Source of the DNA: Planctomycetaceae bacterium | GTDB taxonomy: Bacteria > Planctomycetota > Planctomycetia > Pirellulales > UBA1268 | Length of the DNA: 61,811 nt | Direction: 5' to 3' | NCBI GenBank assembly: GCA_005791575.1 | Contig: SXWA01000004.1 | Location: forward strand, 1 to 61,811 | Shown here: one piece after another, positions 37,694-46,215 of the stretch | Layout of the letters: the number at the start of each line of letters is the position of its first letter | How positions within the stretch are numbered: position 1 is the stretch's first letter | Translations under genes and position numbers: made by a program | Notes under the pieces: generated by a model | Told to the model about the DNA's origin: nothing | The model's database searches: none | Seen by the model: only the letters and a program-made list of their open reading frames with translations

Positions 37694-38062
37694 TCAGGCC
37701 GAGATTGAGGCGATCCGCACCTTCGTCGCCAGCGAGCGGTGGCCGGTGCGGCGGCGGTAGTTCTTCCGCCGGGCGAACTTCTGCACATAGAGCTTCTTGC
37801 CCTGCTCGACGCCGAGGACCTCGGCCTTCACCGTCGCACCCTTCACCAGCGGCTTGCCGATCGTGAGCTTCCCGCCGTGGCTCACCGCCAGCACCTCCTC
37901 GAACACCACCTCGCTCCCAGCCGGGAGATGACGGAAGTCGATCTCCAGTTCCTGCCCTTCCATCACCCGGTACTGGCGGCCACCGTCGGCGACGATGGCA
38001 TAGTGATGGCCGGCACCGGTCATCGCGGAGGAGGAGGAAGCGGAGGCTGTCTGCTTGGCCAT
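37694..38062 (-). CDS. rplU: 50S ribosomal protein L21
   Basis: YAIVADGGRQYRV, GKPLVKGA, RRKNYRRRTGHR. Start could also be 38023. Confidence 0.95.
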   Translation of the reverse strand: MAKQTASASSSSAMTGAGHHYAIVADGGRQYRVMEGQELEIDFRHLPAGSEVVFEEVLAVSHGGKLTIGKPLVKGATVKAEVLGVEQGKKLYVQKFARRKNYRRRTGHRSLATKVRIASISA

Positions 38063-38218
38063 GGCTGGGGTCCCGGACACGGTCGCGGTGGTGGGCCGGA
38101 AGAGGGGAACGGTCCCGCCCTCCAGCGGAAACCCGGATGGTATCGCGCCGGTGGCCATGGGTCGAGTCCGGGCCGGTGGCCCCCGGGCGGGAAACGAAAA
38201 AACGGTCTCGGCCGCCCC

Positions 38219-41017
38219 TCAGTCGTCGTCGTCCGGGTCGGCCGCCGCCGCCGTGGCCCATTCCGGGTAGGGGGCTTCGCTCCCCTTCATGGCGTGCCAG
38301 AGGATGCGGTTGAGGAGGTCCTCTGGTGCCCGATCGACGGCGGAGAAATCGATCGCGCTGCTCGCCACGGCATGCGCCCGGAGGAGCGGATCGAGCAGCG
38401 ACTGGGGGTCGCCGTTCATCCGGTCGAGGGGGATGGTGGCCGGCAGCGCGATGAACGGCTCGAGGTCGGGGGTGTCGGTGAAGCAGTCAGCCATCGGCGC
38501 GGCGGCGGCGTCGAACTGGTTCATCGGCCGGAGGCCGAGAATCTGACCGATCGTCCGGAGGATGCTGGTGGTGTTGTAGTGGGTGCTGACGGTGACACCA
38601 CGCTTGGCGTACGGGCTGGCGACGAAGGCGGTGGTGCGGTAGCCGCTGACGTGGTCCCAACCGGCCTGCGGGTCGTCCTCGATGGCGAACACCGCCATCT
38701 TCGGCCAGAACCGGCTCCGCGACAGGCCGGCGACGATCCTGCCGAATGCCAGGTCGTTGTCGGCCACGCAGGCCTCGGGGGTGGGGCAGTTCTTCGCCGT
38801 GCCGCTGGTGTGGTCCTGCGGCAGGCAGATGATGACGAGATTCGGGTAGGTGCCGCGCGACTCGTAGGTGGCCAGTTCCGCCAGCACGCGATCGGCCCTG
38901 AACTGATCAGGCACGCTCATGTTCCACCCCACCGTGTCGGTGGCCGAGATGTCGCGGAGCGACTCGATGGCAGGCGCGCTGGCGAACACCACGTCACCAC
39001 CACCCTTCCAGGCGGCGAAGCAGGCGCGGAAGTCGGGGTGCCCGGGCGTGGCGGGATCGCGCCAGGCGACTCGCGGCATCATGAATTCCCCGTAGTTCCG
39101 CACCGTCTTCCCCGCCTTCCGGCAGGCGTCCCAGATGAACCCCGCCGACGACCAGGCGAGGGCATCGGCATCGGCATCCTCCATGCCGTCGGGGTAGCTG
39201 CGGGGAAACCCGGCGAAGCTCCGCTCGAGGTAGTCGTTGGCCAGCGCCGAGGTGCTCCAGTTGTGGCCATCGGCCGAGAGGATGCCGCAGCAGTAGGTGT
39301 TGTCGAGGAGCACCCAGCGGCGCGCCAGCGCGTGCTGGTTGGGGGTGATTCCCGCGCCGAAGATGCAGAGGTCGGGCCGGCCGCGGCCCTCGGGCATGTC
39401 GCCGAACACCTGGTCGTAGGTCCGATTTTCCTTGATCACGTAGACCACATGCTCGATGAGGCTCGGCTCGCCGATCCGCTCGGGGATCGCACGCGGCGCG
39501 ACCCCCGGCCGCGGCGGCAGCCGACTGGCGGCGATGCGCCCACTGCGGAGGTTGCGGGCCGCGCGCTCCGAACAGGCCTCCAGCAGGTCGCCATCGGGGA
39601 TCGGCAGGAGCGACACGCTGCCGGCATGCTGGTGCGAATTGAACCCCGTGCCCCCCCCCCGCTGCACCCGCGGTTCCCGCGGCAGGCCCTTCATGTTGGC
39701 CACGGCGATCTGGCCCCGCGGTGCATCGACCACCACGCCGGCGGGATGCCAGCCGACTGGAATCAGCCCGACGAGGCGAGTCGCGCCCCGCTCGTCCGGC
39801 TCCCAGTCGAACACCGCGATCGCATTCTGGGCGGCATTGGCGACGTAGAGCCGTTCACCGTCGGGGGCGAAGCCGAGCGCCGCCGGCTGGGCGCCGAACA
39901 GGTCGGCCGGGGTGCGCTTTGTCCACACCGTGTCCACCACGCGGTGCGCCGCGACGTCGATCAGCGACAGGGTGTCGGAGCCCGCGTTGGCGCAGACGGC
40001 GATCCGCCCCCCCGGCGCCACGGCCAGGCCCGAGGGATGGAGCCCGACCGCGATCTCCCGCACGGTCCCGCCCGCAAGATCGATCAGGCTGACGGTGCCC
40101 TCGCTGGCGATGTGGCGCACCGGATCGACCCGGACACGCGTGCCGCGGCCGGCCGGCCCGGTGAGGTCGTCGCTGCCCGGCCGTCGCCCCCCGAGATTGC
40201 TCACCAGCGCCGTGTCGCCCGCGAGGACGACATCGAACGGCGCCACCCCGACGTCGAACGCGCGCAGCAGCCGGCCGCTGGCAGCATCCAACTCCAAGAG
40301 CCGGTTGGAGAGGTTGCCACACACGTACAGCCGGCGGCCGTCGGCCGACAGGGCCAGCCCGCAGGGAATCTCGGCGGCGCGCTGCGGTGCGGCGGCCGGC
40401 GGCAGGACGAACCCCCCTACCGCCGTGACCTTGCCATCCGCCACCGTGAACACCTTCACCGACCCCTGGACGTTGGCCATGTAGAGCCGCGTACCGTCGG
40501 GGGCGAAGGCGAGTCCGGTGAGGCTCAGCAGCGCCTTGCGATCGGGCGACAGATTGCGCTCGGATGACCGTCCGCCGGCCTCGGTTGCCCCGGGCCCACC
40601 GCCGCCAGCCCCCTCTCCTGTGCCACCGCTGGCGGCAACACCGTCGCCGGTCGGCACCACGCGGTCGAGGATCTCGCCGCTGGCCGGATCGATGACCACC
40701 AGTTCCGGCGTCTTGCCCGTCGTCACGAGCACGCGCCCATCCGGGGAGAGGGCGATCGCCTGGGGCCGCAGCCCATCGAGCCTCACCAACCTGCCGAGCG
40801 GCGTGAGTACCTGATCGACCGGCGTGACCACCGAGTCGTCGTCCTGCCTGCCGACACTGGCGTGCGCCACCTCGACCGGCGCCGCGGCGGGCGGCGGCTC
40901 CCCGGCGCCTCCGTGCAGTCCGGCGACGACCATACCCAACCACCCAACGACCGGCCACCCAACGACCGGCCACCCAGCGATCGGCGATGCGGCCACCAGC
41001 CTCCGCAGGCCCGCCAT
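38219..41017 (-). CDS. Exported YVTN/YncE beta-propeller + phosphoesterase (alkaline phosphatase superfamily) protein
   Basis: VGLHPSGLA and VGWHPAGV repeats; IEHVVYVIKENRTYDQVFGD, SADGH, DHTSG, EDDPQAGWDHV. Confidence 0.9.
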   Translation of the reverse strand: MAGLRRLVAASPIAGWPVVGWPVVGWLGMVVAGLHGGAGEPPPAAAPVEVAHASVGRQDDDSVVTPVDQVLTPLGRLVRLDGLRPQAIALSPDGRVLVTTGKTPELVVIDPASGEILDRVVPTGDGVAASGGTGEGAGGGGPGATEAGGRSSERNLSPDRKALLSLTGLAFAPDGTRLYMANVQGSVKVFTVADGKVTAVGGFVLPPAAAPQRAAEIPCGLALSADGRRLYVCGNLSNRLLELDAASGRLLRAFDVGVAPFDVVLAGDTALVSNLGGRRPGSDDLTGPAGRGTRVRVDPVRHIASEGTVSLIDLAGGTVREIAVGLHPSGLAVAPGGRIAVCANAGSDTLSLIDVAAHRVVDTVWTKRTPADLFGAQPAALGFAPDGERLYVANAAQNAIAVFDWEPDERGATRLVGLIPVGWHPAGVVVDAPRGQIAVANMKGLPREPRVQRGGGTGFNSHQHAGSVSLLPIPDGDLLEACSERAARNLRSGRIAASRLPPRPGVAPRAIPERIGEPSLIEHVVYVIKENRTYDQVFGDMPEGRGRPDLCIFGAGITPNQHALARRWVLLDNTYCCGILSADGHNWSTSALANDYLERSFAGFPRSYPDGMEDADADALAWSSAGFIWDACRKAGKTVRNYGEFMMPRVAWRDPATPGHPDFRACFAAWKGGGDVVFASAPAIESLRDISATDTVGWNMSVPDQFRADRVLAELATYESRGTYPNLVIICLPQDHTSGTAKNCPTPEACVADNDLAFGRIVAGLSRSRFWPKMAVFAIEDDPQAGWDHVSGYRTTAFVASPYAKRGVTVSTHYNTTSILRTIGQILGLRPMNQFDAAAAPMADCFTDTPDLEPFIALPATIPLDRMNGDPQSLLDPLLRAHAVASSAIDFSAVDRAPEDLLNRILWHAMKGSEAPYPEWATAAAADPDDDD

Positions 41018-41054
41018 TCTCCACCTCCTCACTCTCCGAGCTGCGGTGTGGGCG

Positions 41055-42692
41055 TCAGGGGAAGCGCACGGTCCGGCTGCTGGAATCCCAGGCCTCGAAC
41101 ACCAGGTGCTCCGGCGACACGCTCTCCTTGCCGACCACGTGGAGCTGGACGTGGACCGCATCCTCGAACTGGGCGACCTCGCGCCGCTTGCGGTTGTTGA
41201 TCCAGGTGGCCACCTCGTCGTGGACGGTGACGTTGAGCCGGGCGATGTCGGTCCGGGTCGCGGCCAATTGCAACGTCCGCATCACCTCGATCGCCATGCT
41301 CTCCGCCGTCTTCACCATCCCGGTGCCGGTGCAGGTGGGGCAATCCCGGAAGATGCTCTTGCGCAGCGAGGGGCGGATCCGCTGCCGCGTCATCTCCACG
41401 AGGCCGAACGGGCTCGTGCGGAGGATCTTGGTGCGGGCCCGGTCGCGCTTCATGGCATCGTGGAGCGCCTTCTCCACGCCGCGGCGGTACTTCTCCTTGC
41501 GCATGTCGATGAAGTCGTTGACGATCACACCACCGAGGTCACGGAGCCGCAGCTGGCGGGCGATCTCCTTGGCCGCGATCAGGTTCATCTGATAGGCGTT
41601 TTCCTCGGCGCTCTTCTCGGTGCGGAACGAGCCCGAATTGACGTCGATCGCCACCAGGGCCTCCGTCTGGTCGATGACGATCGACCCACCGCCCTTGAGC
41701 GGCACCTTGCGCTGGTGGATCCGGCCGATTTCCTCCTCCAGGCCATAGCGGTGGAAGAGCGGCTCCTTGCCGTCGTAGAACTGGAGCCGCGGGGCGTATT
41801 TCGGCATCACCAATTCGAGGAATTCCCGCGCCCGCTCGTAGGCCGCCGGCTCGTCGATGAGGATCCGCCCGACGTCCTCCGTGAACATGTCACGGATCGT
41901 GCGGATGATCATGTCGCTTTCCTGGTAGATGTCGATCGGCGCGGAATACTTGCGCATCCGGCGCACGATGCTTTTCCAGAGGCGCAGGAGGTAGGCCATG
42001 TCGCGGGCCATCTCCGATTTGGTGCGCTCGGTGCCCGCGGTACGGACGACGAAGCCCACCCCCTTGGGCGGCTTGAGATCGAGCATGATGTCGCGGAGTT
42101 CGCGCCGGTCGCGCTCGTCATCGATCTTCTTCGAGATTCCCACGCGCCCCAGGGGCGGCATGAGCACGAGGTACCGGCCCGGGATCGAGATGTAGGTCGA
42201 GAGAGTCGGGCCCTTGGTGCCGAAGCCCTCCTTGATCACCTGCACGAGCACCTCGTCGCCGCGCCGGAGGATGTCCTGGATCGGCGGCTTGACACGTGGC
42301 CGGTCGCCGAGCCGCGGTTTCCGCCGCGTGGCGAGCCGGGAACGACCATCCTCGCCGCCATCGGCACCGGGATCCCCGCCCGCCTTCGCGCCGGCCTCGC
42401 CACCACGAGCGTCGGCGAGTTCGAAGGCCTTGTCGGGATCGAGCCCTCCCTGCCGGTAGTACTGCGGCTCGACGTCGGAGATGTGGAGGAAGCCGTTGCG
42501 GCCGACACCGAAGTCGACGAACGCGGCCTGGATCGAGGGCTCGATGTTGACGATCCGTCCCTTGTAGATGTTGCCGACGTGGTTGTCCTGGCTGGTGCGC
42601 TCGACGTAGAGCTCCTCCAGCACGCCGTCCTCCATGATCGCGATCCGGCACTCCTCCGGTTGCGACACGTTGATGAGCATTTCCTGTTTCAT
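41055..42692 (-). CDS. Ribonuclease E/G family
   Basis: GNIYKGRI, AAFVDFG, IDVNSG, RQLRLRDLGGVIVNDFIDM, GLVEMTRQR, CPTCTGTG. Confidence 0.95.
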   Translation of the reverse strand: MKQEMLINVSQPEECRIAIMEDGVLEELYVERTSQDNHVGNIYKGRIVNIEPSIQAAFVDFGVGRNGFLHISDVEPQYYRQGGLDPDKAFELADARGGEAGAKAGGDPGADGGEDGRSRLATRRKPRLGDRPRVKPPIQDILRRGDEVLVQVIKEGFGTKGPTLSTYISIPGRYLVLMPPLGRVGISKKIDDERDRRELRDIMLDLKPPKGVGFVVRTAGTERTKSEMARDMAYLLRLWKSIVRRMRKYSAPIDIYQESDMIIRTIRDMFTEDVGRILIDEPAAYERAREFLELVMPKYAPRLQFYDGKEPLFHRYGLEEEIGRIHQRKVPLKGGGSIVIDQTEALVAIDVNSGSFRTEKSAEENAYQMNLIAAKEIARQLRLRDLGGVIVNDFIDMRKEKYRRGVEKALHDAMKRDRARTKILRTSPFGLVEMTRQRIRPSLRKSIFRDCPTCTGTGMVKTAESMAIEVMRTLQLAATRTDIARLNVTVHDEVATWINNRKRREVAQFEDAVHVQLHVVGKESVSPEHLVFEAWDSSSRTVRFP

Positions 42693-42780
42693 GATTCTCC
42701 GTGCTTTCCTTAGTCGGCGCTTTCCTTCTTCGGCATCCGGCGGGGCGTGGCGACAGGCCGCCCGGGGGCGGCCCCGACGC

Positions 42781-44574
42781 CTACGGGGCTCCCGCTCCGG
42801 CGAGCCGGCGACGCATCTGGTCGGTCAAAAAAGCCTTCACCTCCCGTGCCCCCTCCATCTGCAGGGCCCGTTCGGCGATCCCGCGGCATTCGGCGACCGA
42901 AACACTTCGGCACACCTGCTTCACCTCCGGGATGGCACTGGCCGGCACGCTCAAGTGCCGCAGGCCCAATCCCAGAAGCAGCTGCGTGTACATCACGCTG
43001 CCGCTCATCTGTCCACAGACATTGGCAGGAACCCCGGCCGCGCTGGCGATGTCGAATGACCGCTGCAGGAGGCGCAGCACGGCCGGATCGCACGCGTTGT
43101 AGAGATCGGCCACCTCCTTGTTGCCCCGATCGACCGCCAGCGTGTACTGGATCAGGTCGTTCGTGCCCATCGAGATGAAATCCACCTCGCGGATGAACAC
43201 GTCGAGCATCATCACCGCCGCCGGCGTCTCCACCATGATCCCCACCGGCAGGTCGCGGTTGAAGGCGATGCCGTGCTCGGCGAGGTCCTCCATCACGTCG
43301 GCGAGCACCATCCGCGCCTGCCGCAATTCGACGATGGTCGAAACGAGTGGAAACAGCACGCGGACGTCGCCGAGCATGCTCGCCCGGAGGATCGCCCGGA
43401 GCTGGGTCCGGAACATCGGCAACTGGCGCAGCGAGAGCCGGATGCTGCGCAGGCCGAGGCAGGGATTGCGCTCTTCCTCCGGGGTCGACTCGGTGCGCAA
43501 CGTGTCGGCGCCGAGGTCGAGCGTGCGGATCACCACCGGTTTGCCCGCCATCACGCGCACCACCTCCGCATAGGCGGCGTAGTGGTCTTCCTCGGTGGGC
43601 TCGCGGCGGCTGGTGAGGTAGAGGAACTCGGTGCGGTACAAGCCGATGCCGTCGCAGCCGCGGGAGAGGCAGTGCTCGGCCTCGTTGGGAAACTCGATGT
43701 TGCCGGTGATGTGGATGCGGACGCCGTCGAGGGTCTCGGCCGGCAGGTCGCGGAGGGTGTCGAGCTTCGCGGCGACCGTGCGTGCCGTCTCCACCTCGAG
43801 CCGGTAGCGGGCGATCGTCTCCTCGTCGGGCTGGAGGATCACCAACCCCTGATTGCCGTCGAGGATCACCGGCTCGCCGCCGGAGACGTCGGCAAGGAAT
43901 GGTCCGAGACCGACGACCGCGGGAATCTCGAGCCCCTCGGCCACGATCGCGGTATGGCTGCCCGGTCCGCCGAGCTCGGTGGCAAACCCCTGGACGTAGC
44001 GCCGGTCGAGGTTGGCGGTCTCGCTGGGGGTGAGGTTGTGGGCGAGCACGATCACCGGCTGGGAGATCGCGGCGAGCGTCTCGCGGCGCTGCCCGAGGAG
44101 ATTCCGCAGCAGGCTCTTCTCGATGTCGTAGATGTCGTGGGCACGCTGGGCGACGTGGTTGTCGAGACTCTGGAAAACCTTGGCGTACCTCCGCAGCGTG
44201 CGGCTGACGGCGTACTCAGGCCAGAAATTGCGGTCGCGGACCGCACTCACGAGCTCCTCCTGCAGGCGCGGGTCGTGGAGCATCGCCAGGTGGGCTGCGA
44301 AGATCGCGGCGTACTGGTCGCCCAGTTCCGCGCGAATGGCGTCGCGGTTGCGCTCGATCTCGGCGGCGGTGTCGGCCACCGCCCGCGAGAGCCGTTCGAG
44401 CTCCGTATCGACCGCACTGCGGGCGACGAAGCGCCGCGGGATGCGAAAGCCCTCGCTGTCGAGGACCAACGCTTCACCGATGGTGACGCCGGGCGAGACG
44501 GCGATGCCCTGGAGTTTCAGCATGGGCGCATCGCGTCCGCCGGCAGCGGCATCGACCGGCGACCCGTCGTCCAT
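42781..44574 (-). CDS. ptsI: PEP-protein phosphotransferase (PTS enzyme I)
   Basis: GPGSHTAIVA (phospho-His), GIGLYRTEF, NPCLGLRSIR, MVETPAA, SMGTNDLIQY, CGQM. Start may be 44523. Confidence 0.93.
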   Translation of the reverse strand: MDDGSPVDAAAGGRDAPMLKLQGIAVSPGVTIGEALVLDSEGFRIPRRFVARSAVDTELERLSRAVADTAAEIERNRDAIRAELGDQYAAIFAAHLAMLHDPRLQEELVSAVRDRNFWPEYAVSRTLRRYAKVFQSLDNHVAQRAHDIYDIEKSLLRNLLGQRRETLAAISQPVIVLAHNLTPSETANLDRRYVQGFATELGGPGSHTAIVAEGLEIPAVVGLGPFLADVSGGEPVILDGNQGLVILQPDEETIARYRLEVETARTVAAKLDTLRDLPAETLDGVRIHITGNIEFPNEAEHCLSRGCDGIGLYRTEFLYLTSRREPTEEDHYAAYAEVVRVMAGKPVVIRTLDLGADTLRTESTPEEERNPCLGLRSIRLSLRQLPMFRTQLRAILRASMLGDVRVLFPLVSTIVELRQARMVLADVMEDLAEHGIAFNRDLPVGIMVETPAAVMMLDVFIREVDFISMGTNDLIQYTLAVDRGNKEVADLYNACDPAVLRLLQRSFDIASAAGVPANVCGQMSGSVMYTQLLLGLGLRHLSVPASAIPEVKQVCRSVSVAECRGIAERALQMEGAREVKAFLTDQMRRRLAGAGAP

Positions 44575-44680
44575 TCAGCAGCCCATCCGATGGACGGGCG
44601 CGAGGACGACTCGGGTTCCGGGCGACTCGCGCCAGGCGTTCGTTGCGGCTCCTGTGGTGTTTCGTGACGACCGAATCGTG

Positions 44681-45196
44681 CTATGCGGTGTCGGCCGCGG
44701 ACGGTTCACCGTCCGCCGGTTCCCCGGCACCACCCATCTCATCGAAGTTTCTCTCGAACAGTCCGCCGATCGCGTCGAGCGCTTGGCCGGCGTCGGGACC
44801 GGTGACCTCGATCGCCACCCGCGCCCCGGCCTCCACTGCCAGCGTCATCACGTCGAGGATGCTCTTGCCATCGACCCGTTGGCTGTTTGCGATCACCTCC
44901 ACCCGCGACCGCCACCGGCGCGCCTCGCGGGCGAGCATGTCGGCCGGGCGGAGGTGCAGACCCTTCGCCATTCCGACGACGAACTCCCGTGACACCGTCT
45001 GCTCGACCATCGTTCCGGTTTCAGCAGGCCGAACGTCATCCGGCCCAACTCCATCTGGCCCGGCCATTCCTCCATTTTGCCCGGCAGCAGCCCGACCACC
45101 CGCAGCGTCACGGTCGTCGGCCGGAACACGCTGCCCTGCTACTCCTCCCCCGGCCGCCCCTCCCCCTTTGGCAGACCCGTGCCCCCTGGCGCTCAT
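44681..45196 (-). CDS. ptsH: HPr/NPr phosphocarrier
   Basis: GLHLRPA (His15), DGKSILDVMTL (Ser46). ATG 45196 overlaps the ptsN stop; alternative start 45010. Confidence 0.9.
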   Translation of the reverse strand: MSARGHGSAKGGGAAGGGVAGQRVPADDRDAAGGRAAAGQNGGMAGPDGVGPDDVRPAETGTMVEQTVSREFVVGMAKGLHLRPADMLAREARRWRSRVEVIANSQRVDGKSILDVMTLAVEAGARVAIEVTGPDAGQALDAIGGLFERNFDEMGGAGEPADGEPSAADTA

Positions 45197-45669
45197 GACA
45201 CGAAACCGTGGCTGTCGGCCGCCTCCAGCAGATGCTGGATCTCGGCAGGAGCCCGGGCGGCCTTCAACTCCCTGCAGAAGGCGTCGTCGCGCAACTGCCG
45301 GGAGATGTTCTCCAAGGCACGGAGATGATCCCCGGGCCGATCGGGCGGCGACACGAGCAGGAAAATCAACTGCACGGGATCGCCGTCGAGGCTGTCGAAG
45401 TCGATCCCGTCGTGACTGACCGCGACCGTGCCCACGAGTTTGGTGACGCTGGGGTGCTTGGTGTGGGGCACCGCCACACCACGGCCGATGCCGGTGCTCC
45501 CGAGGTCCTCCCGCTTCATGATCGCCCTCACGATCCCGTCGAGGTCACCGGCACCGATGCGCCCGGCATCGACGAGCGCCGTCGCCATCTCGCGGATCAC
45601 GGCCTCCTTCGTGGCAGCCTCGACGTCGGAGCGGATGGCGTCGACGGCGACGAAATCGGAGAACTTCAT
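45193..45669 (-). CDS. ptsN: PTS EIIA (Ntr/Fru type)
   Basis: REDLGSTGIGRGVAVPH, FDSLDGDPV, HLRAL. Confidence 0.92.
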   Translation of the reverse strand: MKFSDFVAVDAIRSDVEAATKEAVIREMATALVDAGRIGAGDLDGIVRAIMKREDLGSTGIGRGVAVPHTKHPSVTKLVGTVAVSHDGIDFDSLDGDPVQLIFLLVSPPDRPGDHLRALENISRQLRDDAFCRELKAARAPAEIQHLLEAADSHGFVS

Positions 45670-45777
45670 GCGGAACGCTTCCGTGGTCGGTTGGCGGTCG
45701 TCGCTAGCCGTGGGAGCTGGGTGGCCCCGCGGAGTCCGCAAACCCCAGCGGAGACCCGGCGGGTCCCCGGCCGATGC

Positions 45778-46098
45778 TCACGAATGCCGCGTTGACTGGA
45801 CGTGCTTGTGGTCGCGGGTCTTCTCTTTGTGCTTCCGGAGCTGCTGCTCCAACTTTTGGGTCGCCCCGTCGACACACCTCCACAGCTGCGCCGATGCCTC
45901 GTGGCTCACCATGTCGTGGAAATGCTCGGCGGAAGCCACGATCTCCACCGTGGGCAGCGCGGCATTCTGGAGATCGACCGTGACGTTGAGGGCGGTCAAC
46001 CGGTCGAAATACCGCTTCAACCGCGACACTTTCGCCGTGATCTTCGACTGGGTGGCCGGGCTGAGATGGCCATGTCGGGCCGAGACATTGATCTGCAT
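45778..46098 (-). CDS. hpf: Ribosome hibernation promoting factor (HPF/RaiA)
   Basis: MQINVSARH...KLEQQLRKHKEK; conventional position upstream of ptsN. Confidence 0.9.
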   Translation of the reverse strand: MQINVSARHGHLSPATQSKITAKVSRLKRYFDRLTALNVTVDLQNAALPTVEIVASAEHFHDMVSHEASAQLWRCVDGATQKLEQQLRKHKEKTRDHKHVQSTRHS

Positions 46099-46215
46099 GA
46101 GGTGCCTTCCTGTTTCCGGCTGCGCGAAAGATCATATCACCCCAGTCGTGGCGGCGACAAACCATCCGTGCCGCACGGCCGCGATGCCGCGGATCAGCCC
46201 CGGCCGAATGCCGGC

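Noticed and set aside
43495-43525. Enzyme I inactivation (DLGADT instead of D.G.DK)
   Set aside because: It is a single substitution with the phospho-His and other PEP-binding motifs intact, which is insufficient evidence.
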